Below are positions 45,579 through 54,742 of a stretch of DNA of 64,000 nt, piece by piece. The position numbers and the translations under genes were made by a program. Within the stretch, counting starts at the first letter, position 1, and the number at the start of each line of letters is the position of its first letter. Location of the stretch: contig CAWJGT010000001.1 in NCBI GenBank assembly GCA_963842525.1, forward strand, positions 352,001 through 416,000. The letters are read 5' to 3'. This stretch comes from an uncultured Holophagales bacterium. Lineage in GTDB: Bacteria; Acidobacteriota; Thermoanaerobaculia; Multivoradales; UBA5704. Under the pieces are notes generated by a model, which was not told the origin of the DNA, did no database searches, and saw only the letters and a list, made by a program, of their open reading frames with translations.

Positions 45579-45584
45579 GGCAAT

Positions 45585-46832
45585 TTATGGAACGACCGCC
45601 CGGACCTCCCCTCCGGGCGCGCTCTCGTTGCCTGCCTGGTCCACCGCCGTGACGCGGTAGGCGTAGGTGGCGCCGGAGGCGACGCCGGTGTCGACTCCGG
45701 TGTCGACGCCGGTGTCGATATACTCGGTCGTCTGGACCGGCTGCTCGGTGATCCGGCGGAATGTGCCGCTGTCCCCGTCCCGGCGGTAGACGACATAGCC
45801 GGCCAGGTCCTCGGCTTCGCTCGAGCGCCAGACCAGGCGGACCCGTGCGGCTTCGGCGAGGGCGACCAGGTCGGTTGGCACCGGCGGCGGGAAGCGGTCC
45901 GTGTACACCACCTCGTCCACGGCGCCGATGGCGCTCTCCACCAGCGGCTCGCTCTGACCCACCGCGGTCACGGTATAGATGTAGTTGCCGAAGGGGACGC
46001 CGGGGTCCAGGTAGCTCGTCTCCCCGGACGCCGCGGTATGGACCGGCGAGCGCCATGCCTGTTCCTGCGCATCCCGCCGGTAGATGTTGTAGCCCACCGC
46101 TCCGGCCACCGGCGTCCACTGCACGGACACGCCCTCGGGCCGCCCCGTGGCAGTGACCTGTTGCGGAGAAGCCGGCGGGGCCTTGGTCACCAGGACCGCC
46201 AGGTTGGACAGCTCGGAGCGGTCGCCGGACTTGCCCACGGTCCGTACGCCGTAGTAGCGCGTTTTTCCCGGCGTGGCGGCGGCGCTGTCCGCCTCCGGCA
46301 GCGGCAGGGCGAGGAGGATGCGGTCGCCGTAGGTGGCGGCGCCGACGTCCGCGTCCTCCAGCGTCTGCTTCAGCGTCGCGGTCGCGCCGAAGGCGCGCGG
46401 GTCGAGGGCCGGCGGCGCCATGCCCTCCCGCGGCGCGGGCTGCTCCGCCTCGTAGACCTCGACCTTGGAGATCCCGTCGAGAGCCATGCCGGCCGGCGTG
46501 GTCTTGGGATAGGTGAAGTCGAGGAGGATCCGCGTCCCCTGCTGGCGCGCCTTCAAGTCCTGGGTCTTCGCCGGGACGTTGCGCAGGGGAGGCAGGGGAT
46601 CGCCCTGCTTGCCGCAGGCGGTCAGAGCGCCCAGCAGCAGGAGCACGAGGACGGCGGCGTACCGAGCCCTCTCCCCCGACCCCTCTCCCGCGCGGCCACC
46701 ACCCCGCCCCCCGAGCGGGAGAGGGGCGCCGCCACCCAGCCCTCTCCTTTTCCCCCTCTCCCGTTCGGCGTGGGGGGACGGGGGACGCACGGGAGAGGGG
46801 GCCAGGGGGAGAGGGCTCTGGTCAGAGCACAT
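45585..46832 (-). CDS. Lipoprotein with LptM-like N-terminal motif and two fibronectin type III domains
   Basis: [13 protein letters not shown] lipobox; W......GYNIYR, Y.YTVTAV, Y.YRVTAVD.AGNES; the only upstream ATG is 46832, inside the hslU 3' end. Confidence 0.8.
   Translation of the reverse strand: MCSDQSPLPLAPSPVRPPSPHAERERGKRRGLGGGAPLPLGGRGGGRAGEGSGERARYAAVLVLLLLGALTACGKQGDPLPPLRNVPAKTQDLKARQQGTRILLDFTYPKTTPAGMALDGISKVEVYEAEQPAPREGMAPPALDPRAFGATATLKQTLEDADVGAATYGDRILLALPLPEADSAAATPGKTRYYGVRTVGKSGDRSELSNLAVLVTKAPPASPQQVTATGRPEGVSVQWTPVAGAVGYNIYRRDAQEQAWRSPVHTAASGETSYLDPGVPFGNYIYTVTAVGQSEPLVESAIGAVDEVVYTDRFPPPVPTDLVALAEAARVRLVWRSSEAEDLAGYVVYRRDGDSGTFRRITEQPVQTTEYIDTGVDTGVDTGVASGATYAYRVTAVDQAGNESAPGGEVRAVVP
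46661..46822. repeat. Palindromic CCCTCTCCC-family element inside the lipoprotein 5' coding region
   Basis: Terminal IRs accgagccctctcccc / ggggagagggctctggt; near copy of 24612-24790. Confidence 0.88.
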
Positions 46833-48231
46833 AGCGTGAGAGGTCCTGGTCCTTGACGATGTCGGAAAGAACCCGGCGGACGTACTCGCCGTCCACCTTG
46901 ACGTGCACCCCGGCCATGTCGGGCGCCTCGAAGGAGACCTCGTCGAGCAGGCGCTCCATCAGGGTGGAGAGCCGGCGCGCGCCGATGTTCTCGGTCGTGG
47001 CGTTGACCTCGACGGCGAGGCGGGCGATCTCGGCCACGGAGTCGGACGTGAACTCGACGCCGACCCCCTCGGTCGAGAGGAGCGCCGAGTACTGCTTGGT
47101 GAGAGCGGTCTCGGGCTCGGTCAGGATGCGCACGAAGTCCTGCTCGGTCAGCGCGTCGAGCTCGACCCGGATCGGGAAACGGCCCTGCAGCTCCGGGATC
47201 AGGTCGGACGGCTTGCTGACGTGGAACGCCCCGGCGGCGATGAACAGGACGTGATCGGTCTTGACCATGCCGTACTTGGTCGAGACGTTCGTCCCCTCGA
47301 CGATGGGCAGCAGGTCGCGCTGCACGCCTTCGCGCGAGACGTCGGGGCCGCGGCTCCCTTCGCGGCCGGCGATCTTGTCGATCTCGTCGAGAAAGATCAT
47401 GCCCCCCTGCTCGACCCGCTCGCGCGCCTCGCGGGCGACCTGCGTGCGGTCGATCAGCTTCTCGGCCTCCTGCTGTTGCAGGATCTCGCGCGCCTCGGCC
47501 ACCGTGACCTGCTGCTTCTTCTTGCGGCCGAAGAGGCCCGGCAGCATGTCCTTGATGTTGAGACCGACCTCCTCGACCCCTTGCGGCGTGAACATCTCGA
47601 GGCTCGGGTAGGACGACTCGTCCACCTCGACCTCCACCCGCCGGCCGTCGAGGCTGCCGGCCTTGAGCTTGCTGCGGAACTTCTCGCGGGTGGCGGCGAG
47701 GTCGTCCTCCTCGTCCTCCTCCTCCTTGCGCAGGTAGCTGCTGATCGGCCGCGGCGGCACGAGGAGCTGGAGCAGGCGGTCCTCGGCACGGATCGCGGCG
47801 GCCTCGCGCACCGATTCGCGCTTCTCCTCCTTGACCATGGTGACCGCGATTTCGACGAGATCGCGCACCATGGACTCGACGTCGCGCCCGACGTAGCCCA
47901 CCTCGGTGAACTTGCTCGCCTCGACCTTGAGGAACGGCGCCTTGGCGAGGCGCGCCAGGCGGCGGGCGATCTCGGTCTTGCCGACGCCCGTCGAGCCGAT
48001 CATCAGGATGTTCTTGGGCGCGATCTCTTCGGCGATGTCGGCCGGGAGCTGCTGGCGCCGCCAGCGGTTGCGCAGGGCGATCGCCACGGCGCGCTTGGCC
48101 AGGTTCTGGCCGACGACGTATTTGTCGAGCTCCGTGACGATCTGCCGCGGAGTCATGTTGTCGATGACGACACCGGCGGGGGTGGGGACAGGGGCGGCAA
48201 CCTCGCCGGCTATGGATTTGGCCTTGGCCAT
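46822..48231 (-). CDS. hslU: ATP-dependent protease ATPase subunit HslU
   Basis: [57 protein letters not shown]. Confidence 0.97.
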   Translation of the reverse strand: MAKAKSIAGEVAAPVPTPAGVVIDNMTPRQIVTELDKYVVGQNLAKRAVAIALRNRWRRQQLPADIAEEIAPKNILMIGSTGVGKTEIARRLARLAKAPFLKVEASKFTEVGYVGRDVESMVRDLVEIAVTMVKEEKRESVREAAAIRAEDRLLQLLVPPRPISSYLRKEEEDEEDDLAATREKFRSKLKAGSLDGRRVEVEVDESSYPSLEMFTPQGVEEVGLNIKDMLPGLFGRKKKQQVTVAEAREILQQQEAEKLIDRTQVAREARERVEQGGMIFLDEIDKIAGREGSRGPDVSREGVQRDLLPIVEGTNVSTKYGMVKTDHVLFIAAGAFHVSKPSDLIPELQGRFPIRVELDALTEQDFVRILTEPETALTKQYSALLSTEGVGVEFTSDSVAEIARLAVEVNATTENIGARRLSTLMERLLDEVSFEAPDMAGVHVKVDGEYVRRVLSDIVKDQDLSRYVL

Positions 48232-48237
48232 TTCTGC

Positions 48238-48781
48238 TCAGAGCTCCTCAAGGGTCAAGCGGTCGTTGGTGAAGATGCAGATCTCGCAAGCGATCTTCAT
48301 CGACTCCCGCACGATCTCGGCGGCGGACATGTCGGTATTGCGCAGCAACGCGCGGGCGGCGGCCAGAGCGTAGTTCGAACCCGGAGCCGATCGCAAGGAC
48401 GCCGTCCTCGTCGTCCGGCTGCAGCAGCTCGCCGGCGCCGGAGACGAAGAAGCTCTTCTCGATGTCGGTGACGACGATCACCGCCTGGAGCTGCCGCAGC
48501 GCCCGGTCCAGCCGCCACTCCTTGGCGAGCTCGACGACCGACCGCTCCAGGTTGTTGTTGAACTCCTCCAGCTTGGCTTCGAGCCGCGTGAGGAGAGCCA
48601 GGCCGTCGGCGCCGCCGCCGGCGAAGCCGACGAGCACCTTGCCCTTGCCGATCCGCCGGACCTTCTTGGCACCGCTCTTGACGATGGTGCTCTGATTCAT
48701 CGTGACCTGGCCGTCGCTCGCCATGCAGACCTTGCCATGCCGGCGGACGAGCAGGACCGTCGTCGAGGAAAATGCGTCCAT
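48238..48781 (-). CDS. hslV: ATP-dependent protease subunit HslV, frameshift near 48380
   Basis: TT....R..G....DGQVT, GFAG..AD, AKEWR.DR.LR.L, AIGSG, IC.FTN. Confidence 0.93.
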
Positions 48782-48803
48782 GGGGACGGGATTGTATATC
48801 AGC

Positions 48804-48944
48804 GGACCCTCACCCCCGTCCCCTCTCCCATCCGGACTCACACCCTCCCGGGAGAGGGGCGCCACCAACCCACCCTCTTGATTCCCCCCTCTCCCGGGGG
48901 AAGGGAGTGCGGGTGGGAGAGGGGGGCCAGGGGGGTGAGGGTCC
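48804..48944. repeat. Palindromic CCCTCTCCC-family element
   Basis: Terminal IRs ggaccctcaccccc / gggggtgagggtcc with two internal hairpins. Confidence 0.88.
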
Positions 48945-49448
48945 TCAGAGCGCCGCCAGGAACCCCTCCGGATCGTCCGGCGTGACCACCAGCCGGCTCT
49001 CGCCGAGGTCGACCAGGACTGCATGGCCGAGGTCGCTCGCATAGAGGTCGATCTCGCCCAGGCGGTGCGACTCGAAGCCGCCGCTCCCGGCCGTCACGCC
49101 GCCGGTCGTCGCCAGCCGTTCGAGGTACTCGGTCTCCTCCGGGTCGAGCCGCCGGGCCGCGGCGCCCGAGACGGGGAAGCGCTCGCGGCGCCGGCGCATC
49201 TGGACCGTGAGCCAGCCGCCGTCGAGGTCCAGCCAGAACGGGTCGAGGTCGCCGCTCATCCGCCAGGCCGTCCAGGGGATCGACGCCACCAGCAGGGCGA
49301 GGAGGCCCGGCCAGAACCGGCCCGCGATCCAGGTGGCCACGGCAACCCCCACCATTAATAAGGTCAAGCCGACGAGCAGCGCCCGCAGCTTGCGCCGGCC
49401 CCGGAGGATGGCCCCTCCGGGCGTACAGGGGAAACGGACCACGCTCAA
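48945..49448 (-). CDS. Two-TM protein with bacterial PH-like domain
   Basis: Two TM helices, then GGF.S.RLG...LYA......VLV......LVVTPDDPE.F..AL; TTG overlaps the xerC stop. Confidence 0.65.
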   Translation of the reverse strand: MSVVRFPCTPGGAILRGRRKLRALLVGLTLLMVGVAVATWIAGRFWPGLLALLVASIPWTAWRMSGDLDPFWLDLDGGWLTVQMRRRRERFPVSGAAARRLDPEETEYLERLATTGGVTAGSGGFESHRLGEIDLYASDLGHAVLVDLGESRLVVTPDDPEGFLAAL

Positions 49449-50383
49449 TCCGTGCCTCGCCGCGCGCGCGGATGGGCATCGCGATAGACCGCGAGCAGCC
49501 GCTCCACCTCCAGGTGGGTGTACTTCTGGGTGGTCGACAAAGAGCTGTGGCCGAGCAGCTCCTGGATCGTCCGCAGGTCGGCCCCGTTCTCCAGGAGATG
49601 GGTGGCGAACGTATGCCGCAGCGTGTGCGGGTGGACCCCGCGGGCCACCGCCGCCGCGTCGACCCACCGGTCGAGAATCCGCCGCACCGTGCGGTCCGTG
49701 AGCCGGCCGCCCGAGCGATTGAGGAAGATCGGCTCGCCGTCGCCGTCCAGGGAGCTTGGAGCACGGATCGCCTCCCACACCTCGAACCACTGCCGCAGAG
49801 CCTCGGCGGCCGGCTTTCCGAACGGCACCATCCGCTCCTTGCTCCCCTTGCCCACCACCCGCAAAACCCGGCCGGAGAGGTCGACCGCCCGCCAGTCGAG
49901 GCTGACCAGCTCGCCGACGCGCAGGCCGGTGGCATAGAGGAGCTCCAGGATGGCCCGGTCCCGCCGTGCCCAGGGATCGTCCGCGTCCGCCGCGGCCGGC
50001 GCCTCGATGAGGTTTTCGACCTCCCCCGGCCGCAGGTGGCGGGGGAGGGTCTTGGGGAACTTGGGAGTCCGCACCGCCTGCGCCGGGTTGGCCGCCAGGA
50101 TCCCCTCGCGGCACGCGTAGCGGAACAGGCTGCGCACGGCCGAGAGGGACCGTCCCTGGCTGCGCTTGCCGAGCCCCTGCCGGGTGAGCGCCGCAAGGAA
50201 CGACCGCACCGCCAGGGCGTCGACCTCCTCGGGTCCGACCTTCTCCGGCTCCTTGCCCAGGAAATCCCGCGAGAGAAACTGGAGGAAGCGGAGCAGGTCC
50301 CCTTCGTAGGCCGAAATCGTATGCGGAGACAGGTTCCGCTCGCCCTGCAGGTGCTCCAGGAAGCGGTGGATTAACCGGCGCAT
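49445..50383 (-). CDS. xerC: Tyrosine recombinase XerC
   Basis: S.HT..AY..DL, RDRAILELLYATGLRV.EL, GKG.KER.VP, HPHTLRHTFATHLL, LGHSSLSTTQ.YTH; trmFO-xerC-hslVU context. Confidence 0.92.
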   Translation of the reverse strand: MRRLIHRFLEHLQGERNLSPHTISAYEGDLLRFLQFLSRDFLGKEPEKVGPEEVDALAVRSFLAALTRQGLGKRSQGRSLSAVRSLFRYACREGILAANPAQAVRTPKFPKTLPRHLRPGEVENLIEAPAAADADDPWARRDRAILELLYATGLRVGELVSLDWRAVDLSGRVLRVVGKGSKERMVPFGKPAAEALRQWFEVWEAIRAPSSLDGDGEPIFLNRSGGRLTDRTVRRILDRWVDAAAVARGVHPHTLRHTFATHLLENGADLRTIQELLGHSSLSTTQKYTHLEVERLLAVYRDAHPRARRGTD

Positions 50384-50536
50384 GGACCCCTCACCCCCGG
50401 CCCCTCTCCCATCCGCCCTCCCGAACCACCGGGAGAGGGGAGCGAAGAGCTTTGTTCCGGACGAGTCTTCTTTTCCTCTCCCCCTCTCCCGGGGGATGGG
50501 GGGGCGATTGGGAGAGGGGGTCGGGGGGTGAGGGGC
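50384..50536. repeat. Palindromic CCCTCTCCC-family element
   Basis: cccctcacccccggcccctctccc..gggagagggg and ccctctccc..gggagagggggtcggggggtgagggg fill the whole trmFO-xerC gap. Confidence 0.88.
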
Positions 50537-51882
50537 TCACGGCGCCGCCACCTCGGCCTCGATCTGCGCTGGCACTCCATTCCGCTCCGCCCAGGCCACG
50601 AGCGCCGCCCGGGCCCGCTCGGCATAGGCCGCCCGCCGGTCGCCCCGGCGCACCCTCTCCGGCAGCTCTTCGAACAGACCATAGTTGATGTTGGCCGGCT
50701 GGAAGTGCTTCGGATCGGACTCGGTCAGATGCCGGGCGAGAGCCCCGAGCGCCGTGGTGGCCGGGAACGGCTCCGGCTCCCGCCCCTGCCGTCTCCAGGG
50801 ACAGATAGAGGCCGATCGCCGAGCCCCGTCGCCGCCGATTCGAGATAACCCTCGACCCCGGTGATCTGCCCGGCGAGCCGCACCCGCGGCGTCGGCCTTC
50901 ACCCGGTAGAGCTTGTCCAGGTGAGTCGGCGCGTTGATGAAGGTGTTGCGGTGGATCTGCCCGAAGCGGACGAAGCGGGCGTTCTCCAGGCCGGGGATGA
51001 GCCGCAGCACCCGCTCCTGCTCGCCCCACTTCATGCGCGACTGGAAGCCGACCAGGTTGAAATGGCTCTTCGCCAGGTTCTCCTGCCGGAGCTGAACGAC
51101 CGCCCAGGGCCGGCGGCCGTCCGGGGCTGTGAGCCCCACCGGCTTCATCGGACCGTAGCGCATGGTGTCCTCGCCGCGCCGGGCCAGCTCCTCGATCGGC
51201 AGACACCCCTCGAAGAAGACCGCCTTCTCGAACTCGTGAGGCGCCACCACCTCGGCCTCCAGCGACCGCCTGCCGGAAGGCCGCGGTACTCATCCTTATT
51301 CATAGGGGCGTTCAGGTAGTCGTCCCCTTCGCCCTTGCCCCACCGCGACTGCCAGAAGAGCTTCGACAGATCGAGGCTCTCCGCCTCCACGATGGGGGCG
51401 ATGGCGTCGTAGAAATAGAGGTACTCGCTCCCCAGGAGCTCCTGGAGCTGCCGCGACATGGCCTCGGATGTGAGAGGCCCCGTTCCGAGCACTACCTCTC
51501 CGTCAGGGATCGACGTGACCTCCTCCCGCCGCAGCTCGATCCGCGGATGGGAGCCGATCGCCGCCGTCACCCGTTCGGCGAACCGGTCGCGGTCCACCGC
51601 CAAAGCGGCCCCCGCCGGCACCGCCGCCGCCCGGGCCGAGCCGATGATCAGCGACCCGAAAGCCTCCATCTCCCGCTTGAGCAGCCCGGCAGCATGGAAA
51701 GGATCGTCGCTGCGCAGCGAGTTGCTGCACACCAGCTCCGCGAGGTCCCCCGTCTTGTGAGCCGGCGTCGACCGCACCGGCCGCATCTCGTGGAGTACCA
51801 CGTCCATCCCGCGCTCCGCGAGCTGCCAGGCGCACTCCGTCCCCGAAAGTCCGCCGCCGACGATATGGACCGGTCCTGCCAT
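50537..51882 (-). CDS. trmFO: tRNA (uracil-54) methyltransferase TrmFO, frameshifts near 51270 and 50780-50870
   Basis: GGG.SG.E.AWQLA, ELVCSNSL, LAVDR, YFYDAIAPI, FEGCLPIE, GPMKPVGL, VQLRQE, HRNTF, FQP.N.N.G. Confidence 0.95.
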
Positions 51883-51917
51883 GCGGGGGATTATAGGGGA
51901 GGGAGCCTTGGGCCTTT

Positions 51918-51943
51918 CCTGGGACCGCGGGCGTCTCGCCCGC
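51918..51943. repeat. Single arm of the 21455-21569 REP-like family
   Basis: cctgggaccgcgggcgtctcgcccgc matches the reverse complement of 21543-21568. Confidence 0.8.
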
Positions 51944-51983
51944 TTCCGGGATCGATCCAGCATGACTCGGGATCGATTTCGTG

Positions 51984-52310
51984 TCAGGCGGCTTCAGAGA
52001 GGCGACGGTTCATCACCCGCCAGAAAGTCGCCACTGCCGCGGACTCGCCGTTGAAGTAATCCTCGAAAAACCCGCAGCCGTTGAGGAGGGGTGGATAGGC
52101 GTAGCGTTCGTTGTCTTCGCCAAGCTCGCTCACCCAGTCTTCCGGCTCGCGAGCATCGATGACCGTGAAGAGCTCGTGAGGGTAGAGATAAGGCCGTCCC
52201 TGGTCGTTCAGGATCCGGAAATCATCGGCCTCGATTCCGAGGACCACATACGGCTGGCCCGGCGTCAGGTCCGGATAGCGTGAGTCCCGTTCGTGCAGCT
52301 CGACGATCAT
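51984..52310 (-). CDS. Small acidic hypothetical protein, possible antitoxin/immunity partner
   Basis: LT.G..Y.VLGIE.D..RI.ND.G.PYLYP...F; ATGA-coupled to the upstream small gene. Confidence 0.7.
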   Translation of the reverse strand: MIVELHERDSRYPDLTPGQPYVVLGIEADDFRILNDQGRPYLYPHELFTVIDAREPEDWVSELGEDNERYAYPPLLNGCGFFEDYFNGESAAVATFWRVMNRRLSEAA

Positions 52311-52518
52311 CGTTCGGTGACCTGTTTCCGCTTCAGCTCCACCCCGGCCGATCCCAGGATGTTCGTTCCAGTGAATCTCATATGCGCCATCGTCATCCTC
52401 CTGCCCGTGGGCTGCTCTTCTTCACCCATCGGGAGGCACGGCCGCTATATTCTGCCACCAGCCGCTCGACATCTCGAATGAGCCGCCCTTTCGCGATGAC
52501 TCGCGACTGGGAGATCAT
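52307..52518 (-). CDS. Small basic protein (HWxE..GIG motif), putative toxin; two indels; absent from the ORF track
   Basis: Reconstructed as MISQSRVIAKGRLIRDVERLVAEYSGRASRWVKKSSP / DDDGAYEIHWNEHPGIGR / VELKRKQVTER*. Confidence 0.6.
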
Positions 52519-52791
52519 CGCTGGGGCTTAAGGTCGGAATGGTGAGCGGCGCCTCCGCCGGCTCGCGACCGGGCAGACAACCTTTCCCCAGCCCCTGGTG
52601 TCTAACTGAATGGCTCTTCCGGAGCGTCGTCCGCAGCCCTTCGGGTGATCGTTGCGGCAGAGCGCATATGCCAATTTGACCATGATGGGCGGTCTGCCTC
52701 AGAATCTGTACCTCATCCCGGAATCTGTGGGACGCCTGAACCAACAGAGGAAGTGCGCAGGACCGTCGTAGTCCCAAGGGCAGGGGGAGCC

Positions 52792-54726
52792 ATGCCAGGC
52801 GATTCGGTCAATGAGTCGGTCGATGTCCTTGTCTACCTGAACCGGGGTGGCCTTCGGGAGGATGCCGGGCCCGCGGCCGAGGAGCGGAAACGCTGGAAAT
52901 TCGAGTTCTCCTATACCGCCCTGCAGAGCCGGCATATCGGCAATGTCATCTTCTGCTTCGACCCCGGCAATCCCCGAGCCATGATCCGGGCGAACCGGGA
53001 TCTGCGGAAGGCCGTGATTTGTGTCCAGTCGTCCGGCTTCGAGCTCAGCCCGCAGTGGTTCCAGACCGAGCTTCAATCCGCGCTCCGGGCGAAGCCGGGG
53101 CACCTCTTCGAGCCCGAGGAGGCCGAGGGGAAGGCGCTCTTTGAAGCCACCAAGGCGTTCCTCCATTTCGCCGGCGGCCAGATCGCGAACATGAACCTGT
53201 CGTCGATGGAGAAGAAGAGCCGGTTTGGGCCGCGCATGCACAACGGCCACACCGAAGGGCAACTCAAGCTCGATCTCAGCCGCAACGGAAATCTGTCCCC
53301 AACGGACCACCTCGCATTGCTGCGGTTGTGGTGGCTCACACTGGACTGCTTTCATCGAGGGATCGAGGGTGCGCTGCGTCGACAGGTGCTACCGGATGAT
53401 CCGGAGAGCCGGGCGATCCGGGCCACCGTCCTGAAGCTGAGGGCCCACCTCGGCGCGAGCCTGCTGGATTTCCAGGTCTTCGATGACCCCAACCTCCTCG
53501 CCACTCTCCATGAATCGATGCTGGAATGGATCGATTTCAATCTGGGGAACCGCACCCGTGACGACGATATCGATTTCCTGGACAGCCGGCACGAGGAGTT
53601 GGGCGACCTGCTGTTCGAGGTCAAACGGGCGTCTCCACACCTGCTTTCGCCTTTTCGGGGATTGCAGAGCAACGGGGCACCGCCAGCGGTCGGCGATTGG
53701 CGAGAGTCCCGGCATATCGTAGTGCGCGAAGCCGTGCTGTCGGCCCAACGGCTGCCGGACGAACGGCGGTCCCGGGACATCATCGATCGTTATGCGGATT
53801 GTCTCCATCGGACCGGGGATCTGTTCTCGAAGCGGTATGACATCCGTGAGCTCGTGGCGATCAGCAATGCATGGCCGGAGATCCGGAAATCGCCAGCGCG
53901 ACGCCTGCCGCTACGCGAAAGGGCCACGGCATTCCTCAAGGGCACCTGGAGACATCTCCCGTGGCCCTATCCAGCCTTTCTCCTCCTGGGCTTGTTCGGC
54001 TGGCTTCTGTTTGCTTGGAATACATCTGGAACAACCATCCTCAGGCCTTTTACAGAGACTGCCTTTTCGATCGTATTCTCCGCCCAGTACTCGATTGTCT
54101 ATGCTATCCTGGCGTACTTCATCCTGTTCGCACCACTGGCAAGGAAGCTGCGTCTGTTTGCTCAGGCCATGCCGAAGATTCTTGGCAGCCTGATCGTCGG
54201 CTACGTTCCCCTCTGGCTTCCTCAGGAGACATGGACCTTTCCTTTCTACATGAGCTGGGAGGCCGTTCTCGTCTGCACGTTCGTCCTCCTCATCATTTCG
54301 TATCTCTACTTCGCGGTCGAGGTCTCAGGAAAGGTCAAGATGCGAGGAGAGGCCCTCCAGAAGGCAACGGCGGTCTTCCTCATTGCCGCCGCCCAGGCCT
54401 ATTGCATCGGGTTGCTGATCACCGATTTCTCGGCCCGGTATTTCACAGAGGCCTTGCCGGCCTCTCTCGTTGGAGATACGGGTGTTGGACGGAAAACATT
54501 TTCCAACTTGTATGTGATGCTCGACAGCCTGGGGCAAAGTTTTTATATCACGAATCCGCTCTCTCTGTTCGGCCACTTGATCCCGGGCGTCGATCTGTCG
54601 GGCTTCACGAGCCACGAGTTCTGGCTGCTTCCGAAGCTCCAGGTCTTTTGGTTCGGATTGGCGATGTTTATTGCCGTCTTCCTGCACATGCTGTGGGAAA
54701 AAGACGGGATCCTGGAGCGGCTCTGA
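52792..54726 (+). CDS. Hypothetical protein: about 390-aa soluble region plus about six C-terminal TM helices
   Basis: Long uninterrupted ORF, GGGGGAG SD before ATG 52792; no recognisable catalytic motif. Confidence 0.75.
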   Translation: MPGDSVNESVDVLVYLNRGGLREDAGPAAEERKRWKFEFSYTALQSRHIGNVIFCFDPGNPRAMIRANRDLRKAVICVQSSGFELSPQWFQTELQSALRAKPGHLFEPEEAEGKALFEATKAFLHFAGGQIANMNLSSMEKKSRFGPRMHNGHTEGQLKLDLSRNGNLSPTDHLALLRLWWLTLDCFHRGIEGALRRQVLPDDPESRAIRATVLKLRAHLGASLLDFQVFDDPNLLATLHESMLEWIDFNLGNRTRDDDIDFLDSRHEELGDLLFEVKRASPHLLSPFRGLQSNGAPPAVGDWRESRHIVVREAVLSAQRLPDERRSRDIIDRYADCLHRTGDLFSKRYDIRELVAISNAWPEIRKSPARRLPLRERATAFLKGTWRHLPWPYPAFLLLGLFGWLLFAWNTSGTTILRPFTETAFSIVFSAQYSIVYAILAYFILFAPLARKLRLFAQAMPKILGSLIVGYVPLWLPQETWTFPFYMSWEAVLVCTFVLLIISYLYFAVEVSGKVKMRGEALQKATAVFLIAAAQAYCIGLLITDFSARYFTEALPASLVGDTGVGRKTFSNLYVMLDSLGQSFYITNPLSLFGHLIPGVDLSGFTSHEFWLLPKLQVFWFGLAMFIAVFLHMLWEKDGILERL

Positions 54727-54742
54727 GGAGGCGAAGACGACC

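Noticed and set aside
41583-46856. Long plus-strand ORFs 41583..43949 and 44700..46856
   Set aside because: Shadows of apbE-like, tyrS, dapF and the lipoprotein gene; no motifs.
49445-50383. Phage or integron integrase mobilising the downstream island or the attC-like sites
   Set aside because: Sequence and trmFO-xerC-hslVU synteny indicate housekeeping XerC; no IntI-specific insertion is apparent.
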